64,000 bases of DNA from Acidobacteriota bacterium (GCA_029862975.1 JAOTWP010000002.1:26287-90286); one strand, 5' to 3'. Positions 48,026 through 57,190 are shown, counted from the stretch's first letter. The notes: generated from the sequence alone by a model not told the origin. Translations and numbers: made by a program.

Positions 48026-51000
48026 TCAGGTCGCCGCGCGGGCGATCGACGGCGCCCCGCTCGCCTCCCGGCGCCGGGCGTGGTAGCGATGGACCTGGTG
48101 CGCGAACGCCTCGAGACGAGCCTCGCCCGAGCCGCCGGTGCCGTCGCCGTAGACGAGGGTCGTCATCGGGACGTCGTCGTGGTCCGCTCGCAGGCGGTCG
48201 AGCAGCGAGGCCGAGATCGTCCCCACCATGCAGTTGAGGCAGATCGCGTTGACCACTCCGGACGCGCCGTGGCGCGCGAAGTCGATCATCTTCGACAGGT
48301 TGAGCAGCGCCAGGTAGTTCGCCTCCGGCGGGGCATAGGGAGCGGTCGCCGCGAGGACCTGCGCATAGGTCGGCTCGGGACGGGCGGCCATGACGAGGGC
48401 GCCGCGAACCCGCGCCGCCGCGTGATGGCGCAGGGCCTCGAGCAGCGTGGCCGTCAGGAGCTCGCGAATCCGCCACTGCCGCCGCGCCTGCCGCGCCCAG
48501 CGTGACGCGGTGAAGTCGACCGTGTCGACCAGCGTGGGGGCGGGCCAGACCTCGCAGCCGAGCGACTCCAGCCGGCGGAAGAGATCGTCGCTGGCGAAGC
48601 CGTTGACCCGCGTGTAGACGTCGCCCGCCACGCCGACCGCGGGCCGCGGAGGCGAGCGGTCGATGGCGATCGCGGCGAGGTCCTCGCCGGCGCGGCGCAC
48701 CGCCTGCTCGAGACCGCCGCTCTCCACCGCTTCCTCGACGCGCCGCAGGTTGGCCCGGTGGACGGCGTCCGTCCGCCCGGGCTCGAGCTCGTACGGTCGC
48801 AGCGAGCAGGCTGCCTTGAGCAGGAGATCGACCGCCACCAGGCCCTGCCAGAAGAGGTAGAGCCCGTGGAAGCCGAGCAGCGACGAGAAGTGCTCGGTGG
48901 TGTGGGGAGTGACGACGTCAATCCGCGGCGGGGCCAGCCCGCGCAGCCCGTGCAGCATGGCATCGCGGTACTGGGGCAGGAGGCAGGGGACGGCGGTGCC
49001 GGGGAAGAGGAAGGCGTCTCCCTCCCGCGACCCGCCGGCGCTCGCCAGGCTGGAGAGGTCGCCGGCAAGAATGCTGAACACGTGGCACTCCCGGCCGGAG
49101 GCCATCCGGGCGCCGAGCCGGCGCTTCGCTTCGTCCGGCGGCGGCAGGACGACGGCCTCGTGACCGGCCCGGCGCAGAGCGCCGGCGTAGGCGTGGACGT
49201 GATCGGCGAAGTGGGGCAGGAAGTAGCGACGGCTGGCCGGCGTCCGGCGGGTCTCCCCGCGGGCGGGGCCGCGGCGCACCGCGGACCCGGTCCGCCGCCG
49301 GCAGAAGGCGTCGATCTCGTCCGCGAAGGCTTCCAACCGGGTGATCAGCCCGGCTTCGGCGCGGTGCTCGTCGACCTCCAGGACGAGCTGGGGCCGGTTC
49401 TCGAGCAGCGCCTCGAGATGGCGCACGGTGAACCCGTCCGGCCCGCAGCCGAAGCTCGAAATGGCCAGGGGGAACAGGCGGGGATCGTCGCGCGCGAAAA
49501 GCGCCGCCCGTACGTAGTCCCGATTGGTGCCCCAGGGAAGCTCGGACCACCGCTCGTCGAGACTCACCTCGTCGAGCGGCAGGCACTCCATGGGCATGAA
49601 GGGCAGTCCGAGGCGGACCAGGTGGCGCCCCAGGCCCAGGTTGAGGAACGGGTCGAGGAGGTTGTAGGGCTTGCCGAGAACGACCACCAGCCGATCGCCG
49701 CGGCGCGCGAGCAGCTGCCGTCCGAGGGCCCGCATGCGCCCGCGGAACCGCTCCTGGGCGCGCAGGCCAGCGGCCAGGGCCGCCTGCAGGAGGTCGGGCT
49801 CGATGCCCAGCCGGGCGGCGAGCCCTTCGGGCTCGAGGATCCGTTCTTCGGCGAGCTCGACGCGGGGGGCGAGAAGCTCCACCCCGAGGGCGGCCCGGAC
49901 CATGAACGGCAGGTAGTGGGTGTAGGGGCAGGTGTGGCCGGCGGGGGACGAATCCGCCGGGCCGGGCGGCACCGACAGCACGGAGGGAAGGAGGATCGTC
50001 CGGACCCCGCGGGCGAGCAGATCGCGCACGTGGCCGTGGGCCATCTTGACCGGCAGGCAGGTCTCCGCCCGGATGTCGCCGAGCGCCGCCGCCAGGATGG
50101 ACGGCGAGCTCGGAGCCGAGAGCACCGCTTGCCTGCCCGCCGCCCGCACCAGCGCCGCCCACACCGGCAGCCAGGCGAGGGCGAGCCCGGCCCGCGGGAT
50201 GCCCACGGCGCTCGTGGGGTCGACGGCGCCGTCGGCTCCGGCAGCCAGACCGGCCTCCTCGAGCAGCGCCGCCTCCATCACCGCCAGATGGTCCTCGGCG
50301 GCGGCGCCGCCGGCGGGCGCCGCCGCCTTGCTGGTGTAGCGCTCGCAGGTGTCGCCGAAAAAGAAGCTCTCGGCGCCCGAGCGCAAGCGGTTCACCTGAC
50401 AGCGGTTGGAGCACAGCGGGCACTCGAAGCTGCGGTCGATCTCGCCGCTGCACGCGGTGAAGCCCTTGAACCGGGTGCTCTCGGCTGGCCGCCGCGTCGC
50501 CCGTCGGTCGAGAACCAGCAGCGCGGCGCCGACGGCCCCCGAGAGGCGGTTCCAGGGATGGACCTGGACCGGCCGCCCGAGGCTTTGCTCGAGCGCCGCG
50601 ACGACCGCCCGGTTCGACGCCGTCCCGCCCTGGAAGAACACCCGCCGGCCGATCGGTCGCCCCGCCACGACCCGGTCGAGGTAGTTGCGCACCACCGACA
50701 AGGCGAGGCCGGCGACGATGTCGTCGCTCGCGGCCCCGTGGCGCAGCGCGCGAGCGACCTCGCTGTCCATGAACACGGTGCAGCGGCTGCCGAGATCGAC
50801 CGGCGACGGCGCGCGCAAGGCGCGCTCGGCGAACTCCTCCTCGATCCGGATCCCCAACCTCTCGGCCTGCTCCTCGAGAAACGACCCGGTGCCGGCGGCG
50901 CAGATCTTGTTCATCGTGAAGTCCACGATGTGACCATCTCTCACCTGGATGTACTTCGAGTCCTGGCCGCCGATCTCGAGCACCGTGTCGACGTCGGGAA

Positions 51001-52246
51001 GCACGGCCACCGCCGCCCGCAGCTGGGCCGTGATCTCGTTGCGGACCTCGTCGGCGCCGATCAGCCAGCCCGCCAGGTGCCGCCCGGAGCCGGTGGCACC
51101 GGCGCCGAGCACCAGGATCCGGCCGCGATGGCGGCCATGGAGGATCGCGAGCCCCTCCCGCACGGCCTCGAGCGGCCGCCCGCGAGTGCGCAGATAGACG
51201 CCGTCGACCAGCCGGCCGTCCACGGTCACCAGGGCGAGGTTGGTGGAGACCGAGCCGACGTCGACCCCGAGGACGACCGCGGTCTCGCCCAGTCCCTCCC
51301 CCCCGGGCTCCGCCTCGGGAGCGGCTCCGAGCGGGGGCTCGAGGGCGGGCAGGCGCGGCAGCGGGGGCGGAGCCGCCCGGTGCCCGCGCAGCAGGCGTCG
51401 CAGCTCGTCGAGACCCACCGGCGCGCCGCCCGCCGCCAGCAGCGCCGCGCCGACCGCGGCGGCCACCGTGGGCGGATCGGGGATGACGAGGGCCCGCCGC
51501 TCGAGGGCGAAGACCTGCCGCACGGCGCGGACCACGCCCTGGTTGAGCGCCCCGCCGCCGATCAAGGCCAGCGGCAGCCGCAGCCGCTTGCCCCGCAGCA
51601 GCGTCGCCTGGAGGTTGCGGACCAAGGCCAGGCAGAGGCCGAAGGCGATCTCCGCCACCGGAGTGCCCTTCTGCTGCAGGTGGATCATGTCGGTCTTGGC
51701 GAAGACCGCGCAGCGGCCGGCCACCGCGGCCCCCCGGGGAGCCCCGGCGGCGAGAGAGGCGAGCCCGGCGATCTCTAGCCCCAGGCGGCCCGCCTGCTGC
51801 TCGAGGAAGACGCCGGCGCCGGCGGCGCAGGGCTGCGACAGCGAGAAGTCGACGAGCTCGCCGCTGCCCCCGTCGGCGAGCGCCATCCAGCGCGAGAGCT
51901 GGCCGCCGATCTCGATCACCGAGCGGGCGCCGGGACACACCGCCGCGGCGCCGCGGGCGCCGGCGACGACCTCCCCCGCGGCGACGGCGCCGCGGCAGCC
52001 TTCCCCGAGGAGATCCCGCGCCCCGCCGGTGAGTCCAACCCGCACCCGGTGGTCGCGACGGGACTCGCCGGCACCGAGATCGCCACCGAGATCGGCGACC
52101 AGCTCGTCGACGAGGGCGCCGAGCACCGGCAGGGCGGCGCCCTCGTAGGCGCGCGAGCGCCCCCACAGCACCTCGCCTCCGGGCTCGACCACCGCCAGAT
52201 GAACGGCGACCGAGCCCAAGTCGATGCCGAGTCGCAGGCTAGCCAT
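48026..52246 (-). CDS. 1406-aa fusion of two BadF/BadG/BcrA/BcrD (HgdC-like) ASKHA ATPase 'CoA-substrate-specific enzyme activase' domains with a 2-hydroxyacyl-CoA dehydratase-like / DUF2229 region.
   Basis: Start is ATG 52246 (MASLRLGIDLGSVAVHLAV) with GGAGAG upstream. A second ASKHA module is present (VLGVDVGSVSTNLALV...EIGGQDSKYIQV...NKICAAGTGSFLEEQAERLGI). A Cys cluster CPLCSNRC...GDTCERY follows. The long C-terminal region resembles HgdAB-like domains. Confidence 0.7.
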   Translation of the reverse strand: MASLRLGIDLGSVAVHLAVVEPGGEVLWGRSRAYEGAALPVLGALVDELVADLGGDLGAGESRRDHRVRVGLTGGARDLLGEGCRGAVAAGEVVAGARGAAAVCPGARSVIEIGGQLSRWMALADGGSGELVDFSLSQPCAAGAGVFLEQQAGRLGLEIAGLASLAAGAPRGAAVAGRCAVFAKTDMIHLQQKGTPVAEIAFGLCLALVRNLQATLLRGKRLRLPLALIGGGALNQGVVRAVRQVFALERRALVIPDPPTVAAAVGAALLAAGGAPVGLDELRRLLRGHRAAPPPLPRLPALEPPLGAAPEAEPGGEGLGETAVVLGVDVGSVSTNLALVTVDGRLVDGVYLRTRGRPLEAVREGLAILHGRHRGRILVLGAGATGSGRHLAGWLIGADEVRNEITAQLRAAVAVLPDVDTVLEIGGQDSKYIQVRDGHIVDFTMNKICAAGTGSFLEEQAERLGIRIEEEFAERALRAPSPVDLGSRCTVFMDSEVARALRHGAASDDIVAGLALSVVRNYLDRVVAGRPIGRRVFFQGGTASNRAVVAALEQSLGRPVQVHPWNRLSGAVGAALLVLDRRATRRPAESTRFKGFTACSGEIDRSFECPLCSNRCQVNRLRSGAESFFFGDTCERYTSKAAAPAGGAAAEDHLAVMEAALLEEAGLAAGADGAVDPTSAVGIPRAGLALAWLPVWAALVRAAGRQAVLSAPSSPSILAAALGDIRAETCLPVKMAHGHVRDLLARGVRTILLPSVLSVPPGPADSSPAGHTCPYTHYLPFMVRAALGVELLAPRVELAEERILEPEGLAARLGIEPDLLQAALAAGLRAQERFRGRMRALGRQLLARRGDRLVVVLGKPYNLLDPFLNLGLGRHLVRLGLPFMPMECLPLDEVSLDERWSELPWGTNRDYVRAALFARDDPRLFPLAISSFGCGPDGFTVRHLEALLENRPQLVLEVDEHRAEAGLITRLEAFADEIDAFCRRRTGSAVRRGPARGETRRTPASRRYFLPHFADHVHAYAGALRRAGHEAVVLPPPDEAKRRLGARMASGRECHVFSILAGDLSSLASAGGSREGDAFLFPGTAVPCLLPQYRDAMLHGLRGLAPPRIDVVTPHTTEHFSSLLGFHGLYLFWQGLVAVDLLLKAACSLRPYELEPGRTDAVHRANLRRVEEAVESGGLEQAVRRAGEDLAAIAIDRSPPRPAVGVAGDVYTRVNGFASDDLFRRLESLGCEVWPAPTLVDTVDFTASRWARQARRQWRIRELLTATLLEALRHHAAARVRGALVMAARPEPTYAQVLAATAPYAPPEANYLALLNLSKMIDFARHGASGVVNAICLNCMVGTISASLLDRLRADHDDVPMTTLVYGDGTGGSGEARLEAFAHQVHRYHARRREASGAPSIARAAT

Positions 52247-52355
52247 CAGGAGCTCTCCACGGGCTGCTGGCTGCTGCCCCATGATCGGGCACCGCTCGCC
52301 GCCGCGCACCACCCCCCGGGGCGGCCGACCCGCCACCCCGGCGATCGCGGCGGGT

Positions 52356-52533
52356 CTATGGCGCGGCCAAGGGGTCGATCGCGGTGAGGCCAGGAACCGA
52401 GCGGAAGCCGCGATCGCGGGTCCAGATCTCGGCGGCGCCGTTGTCGAACGCGGTCAGCGCGATCTGCAGATCGAAGACGCGCGTCCCGGTCACGTCGAGG
52501 CCCGCCGCCACGCGCAGGAGCCGGGAAGGGCGA
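52356..52533 (-). pseudogene. C-terminal ~59-aa remnant of a PIN-domain VapC toxin (Rv0624-like); the N-terminal two thirds are missing.
   Basis: Frame reads ...SRLLRVAAGLDVTGTRVFDLQIALTAFDNGAAEIWTRDRGFRSVPGLTAIDPLAAP*. This aligns to the C-terminus of VapC30-type PIN toxins (QVTDAYLAQLARSHDGQLATLDSGLAHLHGDVAVLIP). No start and no N-terminal catalytic Asp region are present. It directly abuts the vapB stop. Confidence 0.45.
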
Positions 52534-52749
52534 TCACGAATCGCCGCGCAGCCACGCGTGCATCGCGGTCCGATCGCTCAGGTCGAGGCCCGGCGGCAGG
52601 CCACCGTCGACGACCGGCAAGCGCAGGGCCCGGCCGCCACCCCCTCGACCTGCTCCCGCCGCGCCGAGCTCGCGCCGCAGACCGCGGGCGACGAGCTCCC
52701 GCAGGCTCGTCTCTGCTGCGCGGCCCGTCTCGGTCAGCTTCCTCGTCAT
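52534..52749 (-). CDS. vapB: Rv0623-like (PSK-type) VapB antitoxin.
   Basis: 71 aa MTRKLTETGRAAETSLRELVARGLRREL...LPVVDGGLPPGLDL. This matches the TGETLTEAVVTALRERL ... LPVVD pattern of Rv0623-family antitoxins. AGGA sits 7 nt upstream. An in-frame stop lies 3 codons upstream of the ATG. Confidence 0.45.
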   Translation of the reverse strand: MTRKLTETGRAAETSLRELVARGLRRELGAAGAGRGGGGRALRLPVVDGGLPPGLDLSDRTAMHAWLRGDS

Positions 52750-52815
52750 GCACGTATCCTACACGTGCACGCGCGGCCCTGCCGCGGCCGCTAGGCCGGA
52801 ACGCCCTCGCGGGTC

Positions 52816-54258
52816 TCACGCTCGGCGCCCAGGCTCGGCGTCTAGGTACTCGTGGATCCCGGCCGCGGCGGTGCGGCCGGCGCCCATGGCGAGGATGACG
52901 GTCGCGGCGCCGGTGACGATGTCGCCGCCGGCGAAGACACCCGGCTTGCTGGTCGCCAGCGTCCGCGGGTCGGCCGCGATGTAGCCCCCGCGACGGGTCG
53001 CGAGATCCGGGGTCGTCGACTGGACGATCGGATTGGCCGTGGTGCCGACGGCGATGACGGCCAGCGCCAGCGGCAGCTCGAACTCGGAGCCGGGGATGGG
53101 CAGCGGGCGGCGGCGGCCGGAATCGTCGGGCTCGCCGAGCTCCATCCGCTGGCAGCGCGCCGCCACGAGAGCCCCCGCCTCGTCGCCCACGAACTCCACC
53201 GGGTTGACGAGGAACTGGAACTCGACGCCCTCCTGCTCCGCGTGGTGGATCTCCTCCGCCCGCCCCGGCATCTCCTCGCGCGAGCGGCGGTAGAGGATCG
53301 AGCCGCGGCGGGCGCCGAGCCGCAGCGCGGTGCGCACCGAATCGAGCGCCGTGTTGCCGCCGCCGATCACCGCCACGTCCCGGCCGCGGCAGTCGAAGAG
53401 CGGCTCGTCGGCCTGCGGGAAACGGTAGGCCTTCATGAGGTTGACCCGGGTCAGGAACTCGTTGGCCGAGCAGACGCCGTTCAGGTGCTCGCCGGGCACG
53501 CCGAGGAAGCGCGGCAGCCCGGCGCCGGTGGCGAGGAACACCGCGTCGTAGCCCTCTTCGCGCATCAGCTCGTCGACCGTGACGGTCTTGCCGACCACGA
53601 CGTTGGTCTCGAACTCGACGCCCATGGCGGCCAGCGATTCCACGTCCTGGCGCACGATCTCCTTGGGCAGCCGGAACTCGGGGATGCCGTAGACCAGCAC
53701 CCCGCCGAGCTCGTGCAGGGCCTCGAAGACGCGCACCCGATGGCCGCGCTGGACGAGGTCGCCGGCGCAGGAGAGCCCCGCCGGGCCGCTGCCGACGATC
53801 GCTACGCTCCGCCCCGTCGGCGCCGCGATGGGCGGCAGGCCGATCTCCCCGACCCGCCGCTCGTAGTCGGCGACGAAGCGCTCGAGATGGCCGACGGCGA
53901 GCGGCGAGCCGCGCTTGCCGAGCGGGCACACGCCCTCGCACTGGTCCTCCTGCGGGCAGACGCGGCCGGTGACCGCCGGCAGGGCGTTGTCCTCGCGCAC
54001 CTTGGCGGCGGCCGCGAGGAGATCGCCCGCCGCCACCAGCGCCACGAACTCGGAGACCTTGACGCCGACGGGGCAGCCGCCCACGCACTTGGGGCTGGCG
54101 CATTCGAGGCAGCGCACGGCCTCGGCGAGCGCCAGCGCCGCGTCGTAACCGAGATTCACCTCGCCGAAGTCGCGGACGCGAGCGTTCGCCGCGCGCTCCG
54201 GCATCGGCTGGCGCGGCAGCTTGACCCGCTCCTTGACCGACGGCCGCTGCGCCGTCAT
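52816..54258 (-). CDS. NADPH-dependent glutamate synthase beta-chain-like oxidoreductase (GltD/SudA/NfnB family).
   Basis: Two N-terminal [4Fe-4S] Cys motifs (CLECASPKCVGGCPVGV; CPQEDQCEGVCPLG). FAD site VAIVGSGPAGLSCAGDL and NAD(P) site VAVIGGGNTALD. 480 aa. ATGA overlap with the upstream gene. Confidence 0.8.
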   Translation of the reverse strand: MTAQRPSVKERVKLPRQPMPERAANARVRDFGEVNLGYDAALALAEAVRCLECASPKCVGGCPVGVKVSEFVALVAAGDLLAAAAKVREDNALPAVTGRVCPQEDQCEGVCPLGKRGSPLAVGHLERFVADYERRVGEIGLPPIAAPTGRSVAIVGSGPAGLSCAGDLVQRGHRVRVFEALHELGGVLVYGIPEFRLPKEIVRQDVESLAAMGVEFETNVVVGKTVTVDELMREEGYDAVFLATGAGLPRFLGVPGEHLNGVCSANEFLTRVNLMKAYRFPQADEPLFDCRGRDVAVIGGGNTALDSVRTALRLGARRGSILYRRSREEMPGRAEEIHHAEQEGVEFQFLVNPVEFVGDEAGALVAARCQRMELGEPDDSGRRRPLPIPGSEFELPLALAVIAVGTTANPIVQSTTPDLATRRGGYIAADPRTLATSKPGVFAGGDIVTGAATVILAMGAGRTAAAGIHEYLDAEPGRRA

Positions 54259-55172
54259 CGCGGCACCTCGACAAGGCTCGTCGCGAGCTCCTCTTCCCGC
54301 GCGGCCGCGCGCCGGCAGTCGTGGCGGACCTTCTCGACCTCGCCGCCCGGATCGGCCAGGAAGTCCGAGAGCGACCGGCTCTCGGCGTCCCGGTACATGG
54401 CGTTGCGCTGCGCGAGCACCGCGAAGTCGACCTCGTGGGCGTCGAACTCGGGTCCGTCGACGCAGGCAAACCGGCTCTCGCCGCCGACCAGGACCCGGCA
54501 GCCGCCGCACATGCCGGTGCCGTCGACCATGATCGAGTTGAGCGAGACGATCGTCGGCACGGCCCAGGGGCGGGTGACCTCGGCCACCGCGCGCATCATC
54601 GGCACCGGGCCGATGGCCAGCACGCGGTCGATGCGCCGCCCCGACTCCAGCCATTCGAGAAGCGGCCCGGTCACGAGACCACGGCGGCCGTACGAGCCGT
54701 CGTCGGTCGTCACGACCAGCTCGGCGGAGACGGCGGCGAGCTCGGCCTCGAGGAGCACCAGCTCGCGGCTGCGGCCGCCGAGGATCGTCAGCACCTCGTT
54801 GCCGGCGCGCCCCAGGGCCACGGCAGTCGGATAGGCGATGGCGGCGCCGACGCCGCCGCCCAGCACCGCCACCGTGCCGAAGCGCTCGACCTCGGAAGCC
54901 CTCCCCAGCGGACCGACGACGTCGAGGATGGCGTCCCCGGCGGCGAGCGAGTTCATCAGCTTCGTCGTCTTGCCGATCCCCTGGACGATCAGGGTGATGG
55001 TGCCCGCCGCGGCATCGGAGTCGGCGATCGTGAGCGGGATGCGCTCGCCGTCGGCATGCAGGCGGACGATGACGAACTGCCCGGCCTGGCGCTTGCGCGC
55101 GATGCGCGGCGCCACGATCCGGAAGAGCCGGACGCCGGGCGCCAGGGGGCGGGACTCGCGGATGGGAAACAC
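54255..55172 (-). CDS. PyrK/SudB/NfnA-like FAD/NAD(P)-binding and [2Fe-2S] electron-transfer subunit.
   Basis: GTG start at 55172 with GGAGG 9 nt upstream. N-terminus VFPIRESRPLAPGVRLFRIVAPRIARKRQAGQFVIVR resembles the start of PyrK/SudB. C-terminal Cys cluster MCGGCRV...CVDGP. Confidence 0.7.
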   Translation of the reverse strand: MFPIRESRPLAPGVRLFRIVAPRIARKRQAGQFVIVRLHADGERIPLTIADSDAAAGTITLIVQGIGKTTKLMNSLAAGDAILDVVGPLGRASEVERFGTVAVLGGGVGAAIAYPTAVALGRAGNEVLTILGGRSRELVLLEAELAAVSAELVVTTDDGSYGRRGLVTGPLLEWLESGRRIDRVLAIGPVPMMRAVAEVTRPWAVPTIVSLNSIMVDGTGMCGGCRVLVGGESRFACVDGPEFDAHEVDFAVLAQRNAMYRDAESRSLSDFLADPGGEVEKVRHDCRRAAAREEELATSLVEVPR

Positions 55173-55810
55173 TCTCGACGGCCTCCGGCGATACCGGCGG
55201 AAGTGTAGACAAAGCCCGCACCCGGTGCCCCACCCGCACGGCGCACCGCCCACCCGCCTGCGCAGGTGGGCCGATCGCGACGACAGGTAGGACGGTGAGC
55301 GCTCGGCCCGGGTGGAGCGCCGAGCCGGGTCCCGCTGCTAGCCGGGGCTCGTGGCCTGGGGCTCGTCGGCGCCGCTGAAGACGGAACTCTCGGCGCCGGC
55401 GCGCTTCCGCGCCCGCCTCAGGTCCATCTTCTCTTTCTTGGCCAGGCGCTTCTCTCTCTTCTTCTGCTCGCGCTGGCGCTTCGCTTGGGTCTGCGGTCCT
55501 GGTCTTGCGATGGGGCAACTCCTTCCAGGGGGTCGGGCAACCCCGGCAGAAGCGCCCGGGCTGCGGTCGTGGCTAGGGAAGCCACACGAGTACTGGGCCC
55601 AGTGTACTCCCTTCGCCGCCTCCCTGCGGCTCACGGACCTCAGGCTCGCGATCGGGGCGGCGAGATCCCAGGCTCGCGAACGCGGTGCTCGCCGCGGCCG
55701 GCGACGGGGGCGAGCGGGCCGCCGGCCGCCCGGCGGCGGCGACGGCGGCGCGTCCACGGCGTCCTCCCAAGAGGACGAGTCGTTCGGTCCAGAGCACCCG
55801 AAGGATGCGT

Positions 55811-55834
55811 AAGTTCCTTTTTTTTGAGGAACTT
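55811..55834. promoter_or_regulatory. Palindrome AAGTTCCT-T7G-AGGAACTT in an AT-rich island 50 nt upstream of the 55886 gene, followed by TTGACG; candidate operator/promoter element.
   Basis: Perfect 8-bp inverted repeat with an 8-nt T-rich spacer. Local GC is far below the genome average. TTGACG (55833-55838) overlaps the right arm. Confidence 0.3.
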
Positions 55835-55885
55835 GACGATTCCGGCACGGATCATGAAACCTTCCAGAGCCCAGGAGGTGAACCC

Positions 55886-56455
55886 ATGAACCGACTCGTC
55901 CCGTCTCTCGCCCTGGCCGTCCTTCTCGTCCCGCTCACCGGAGCCTCCGCGCCCGCCGAGGCCAGCTCGCGCTGGTTCGTGGGCGCCGACTTCTCGGTCG
56001 GCGGCATCGGCTTCTCGCTCGGCTTCGCCGACTTCGACCGCTACCGCCGCGGCCCGAGCTACTTCTACCGGACCGGCCGCCACCTGAGCTATCGCGGCTT
56101 CCGATGCGGCTCGGCCTGCTACATCCGCGACAACCTCTACTACCACCACCCCGACTGCCCGCTGGTTCACGAGCACTTCCACCGCTACGGCTTCAATCCC
56201 TACTCCGCGTGGGCGGCGCTCCCCTACGGCGGCTTCTACTACGCCCCGCGCCCCTACATCCCCTACCGGCCGGGCTACTCCTACTACCGCTACGACCCCC
56301 GCTACGAGATCCGGCGCTTCGACGACCGCCACGGCTACTGGGACCACCGGCGCGACGACGACTCGGACTCCGATTCCGACCGCCGCTGGCGCGGCGACGA
56401 CCGCCGCGGCCACGGCGGGGCGGCGCGCTCCCGCAGCCGGCGCCACCACGACTAG
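55886..56455 (+). CDS. Secreted Tyr/Arg-rich low-complexity protein.
   Basis: AGGAGGTG sits 5 nt upstream of the ATG. Signal peptide MNRLVPSLALAVLLVPLTGASAPAEA. The mature part is rich in Y/R/G/P (YYAPRPYIPYRPGYSYYRYDPRYEIRRF) and ends with a DSDSDSD acidic run and a basic tail. Confidence 0.6.
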   Translation: MNRLVPSLALAVLLVPLTGASAPAEASSRWFVGADFSVGGIGFSLGFADFDRYRRGPSYFYRTGRHLSYRGFRCGSACYIRDNLYYHHPDCPLVHEHFHRYGFNPYSAWAALPYGGFYYAPRPYIPYRPGYSYYRYDPRYEIRRFDDRHGYWDHRRDDDSDSDSDRRWRGDDRRGHGGAARSRSRRHHD

Positions 56456-56603
56456 CGATCCGGCAGCGGGACGAGCTCCCCCGAGGGGACCGCGCCGCGC
56501 GGCGATCCGCGGCCCCGACGGGGGGCTCGAGCTCCTCGGCGCCCCATCGCAGGTGCCATGGCCCGGCAGGCTGCTCGGCGGGCTCTCGCCGGTCCCCGTC
56601 CCG

Positions 56604-57092
56604 TCAGTCCGGCTCGCCGTCGAAGCGCAGCTCGAGGTAGCGCGCGCCGGCGATCGGGTTCTCGTAGTACGGCTCGATCTCGCGAAACCCGAGATCGGCG
56701 TAGAGGCGCCGCGCCGCGGTCATCGCCGGCAGGGTATCGAGCCGCAGCCGCGCGTACCCGAGCTCGCGGCCGGCGGCGACGAGGGCCACGGCGAGGCGCC
56801 GCCCCAGCCCCAGGCCGCGGTGGCTCGGGCGGACGAACAGGCGCTTCATCTCGCAGGTCGCGTCGTCGAGCCGCCGAAGGGCGACGCCGCCCGCGACCTC
56901 ACCGTCGACCCTGGCGAGCAGCATGCGCCCGCACGGCGGCCCGTACACGGCGGGCAGCTGGTCGATCTCCCGGTCGAAGCCCTGGAAGCACAGCTCGTAG
57001 CCGAGCGAGTCGGCGTACTCGATGAAGAGCCGGCGAACCTCCGCCACGTCCGCCGCCGTCGTCGCCGGCGCGATCTCGATCCGCCGTGCCAC
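56604..57092 (-). CDS. GNAT-family N-acetyltransferase.
   Basis: Acetyl-CoA-binding motif [17 protein letters not shown]. 162 aa. Confidence 0.8.
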   Translation of the reverse strand: MARRIEIAPATTAADVAEVRRLFIEYADSLGYELCFQGFDREIDQLPAVYGPPCGRMLLARVDGEVAGGVALRRLDDATCEMKRLFVRPSHRGLGLGRRLAVALVAAGRELGYARLRLDTLPAMTAARRLYADLGFREIEPYYENPIAGARYLELRFDGEPD

Positions 57093-57190
57093 GGCCCGAT
57101 GCTACTACCTCCCCCGCGCTGCCGGCATGGTCGAGGTGACTCTCGACCGGCCGCACAAGGACGGCATCGTCGACCGACGGCCCCACTCGC

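Noticed and set aside
48758-52166. 1006-aa plus-strand and 1082-aa minus-strand ORFs overlapping the activase fusion.
   Set aside because: They are low-complexity translations. The real frame carries ASKHA ATPase motifs.
55338-55757. 139-aa minus-strand ORF as a whole.
   Set aside because: GC3 collapses upstream of ~55490. Only the 3' Lys/Arg-rich part looks coding, so it is reported only as a finding, not as a feature.
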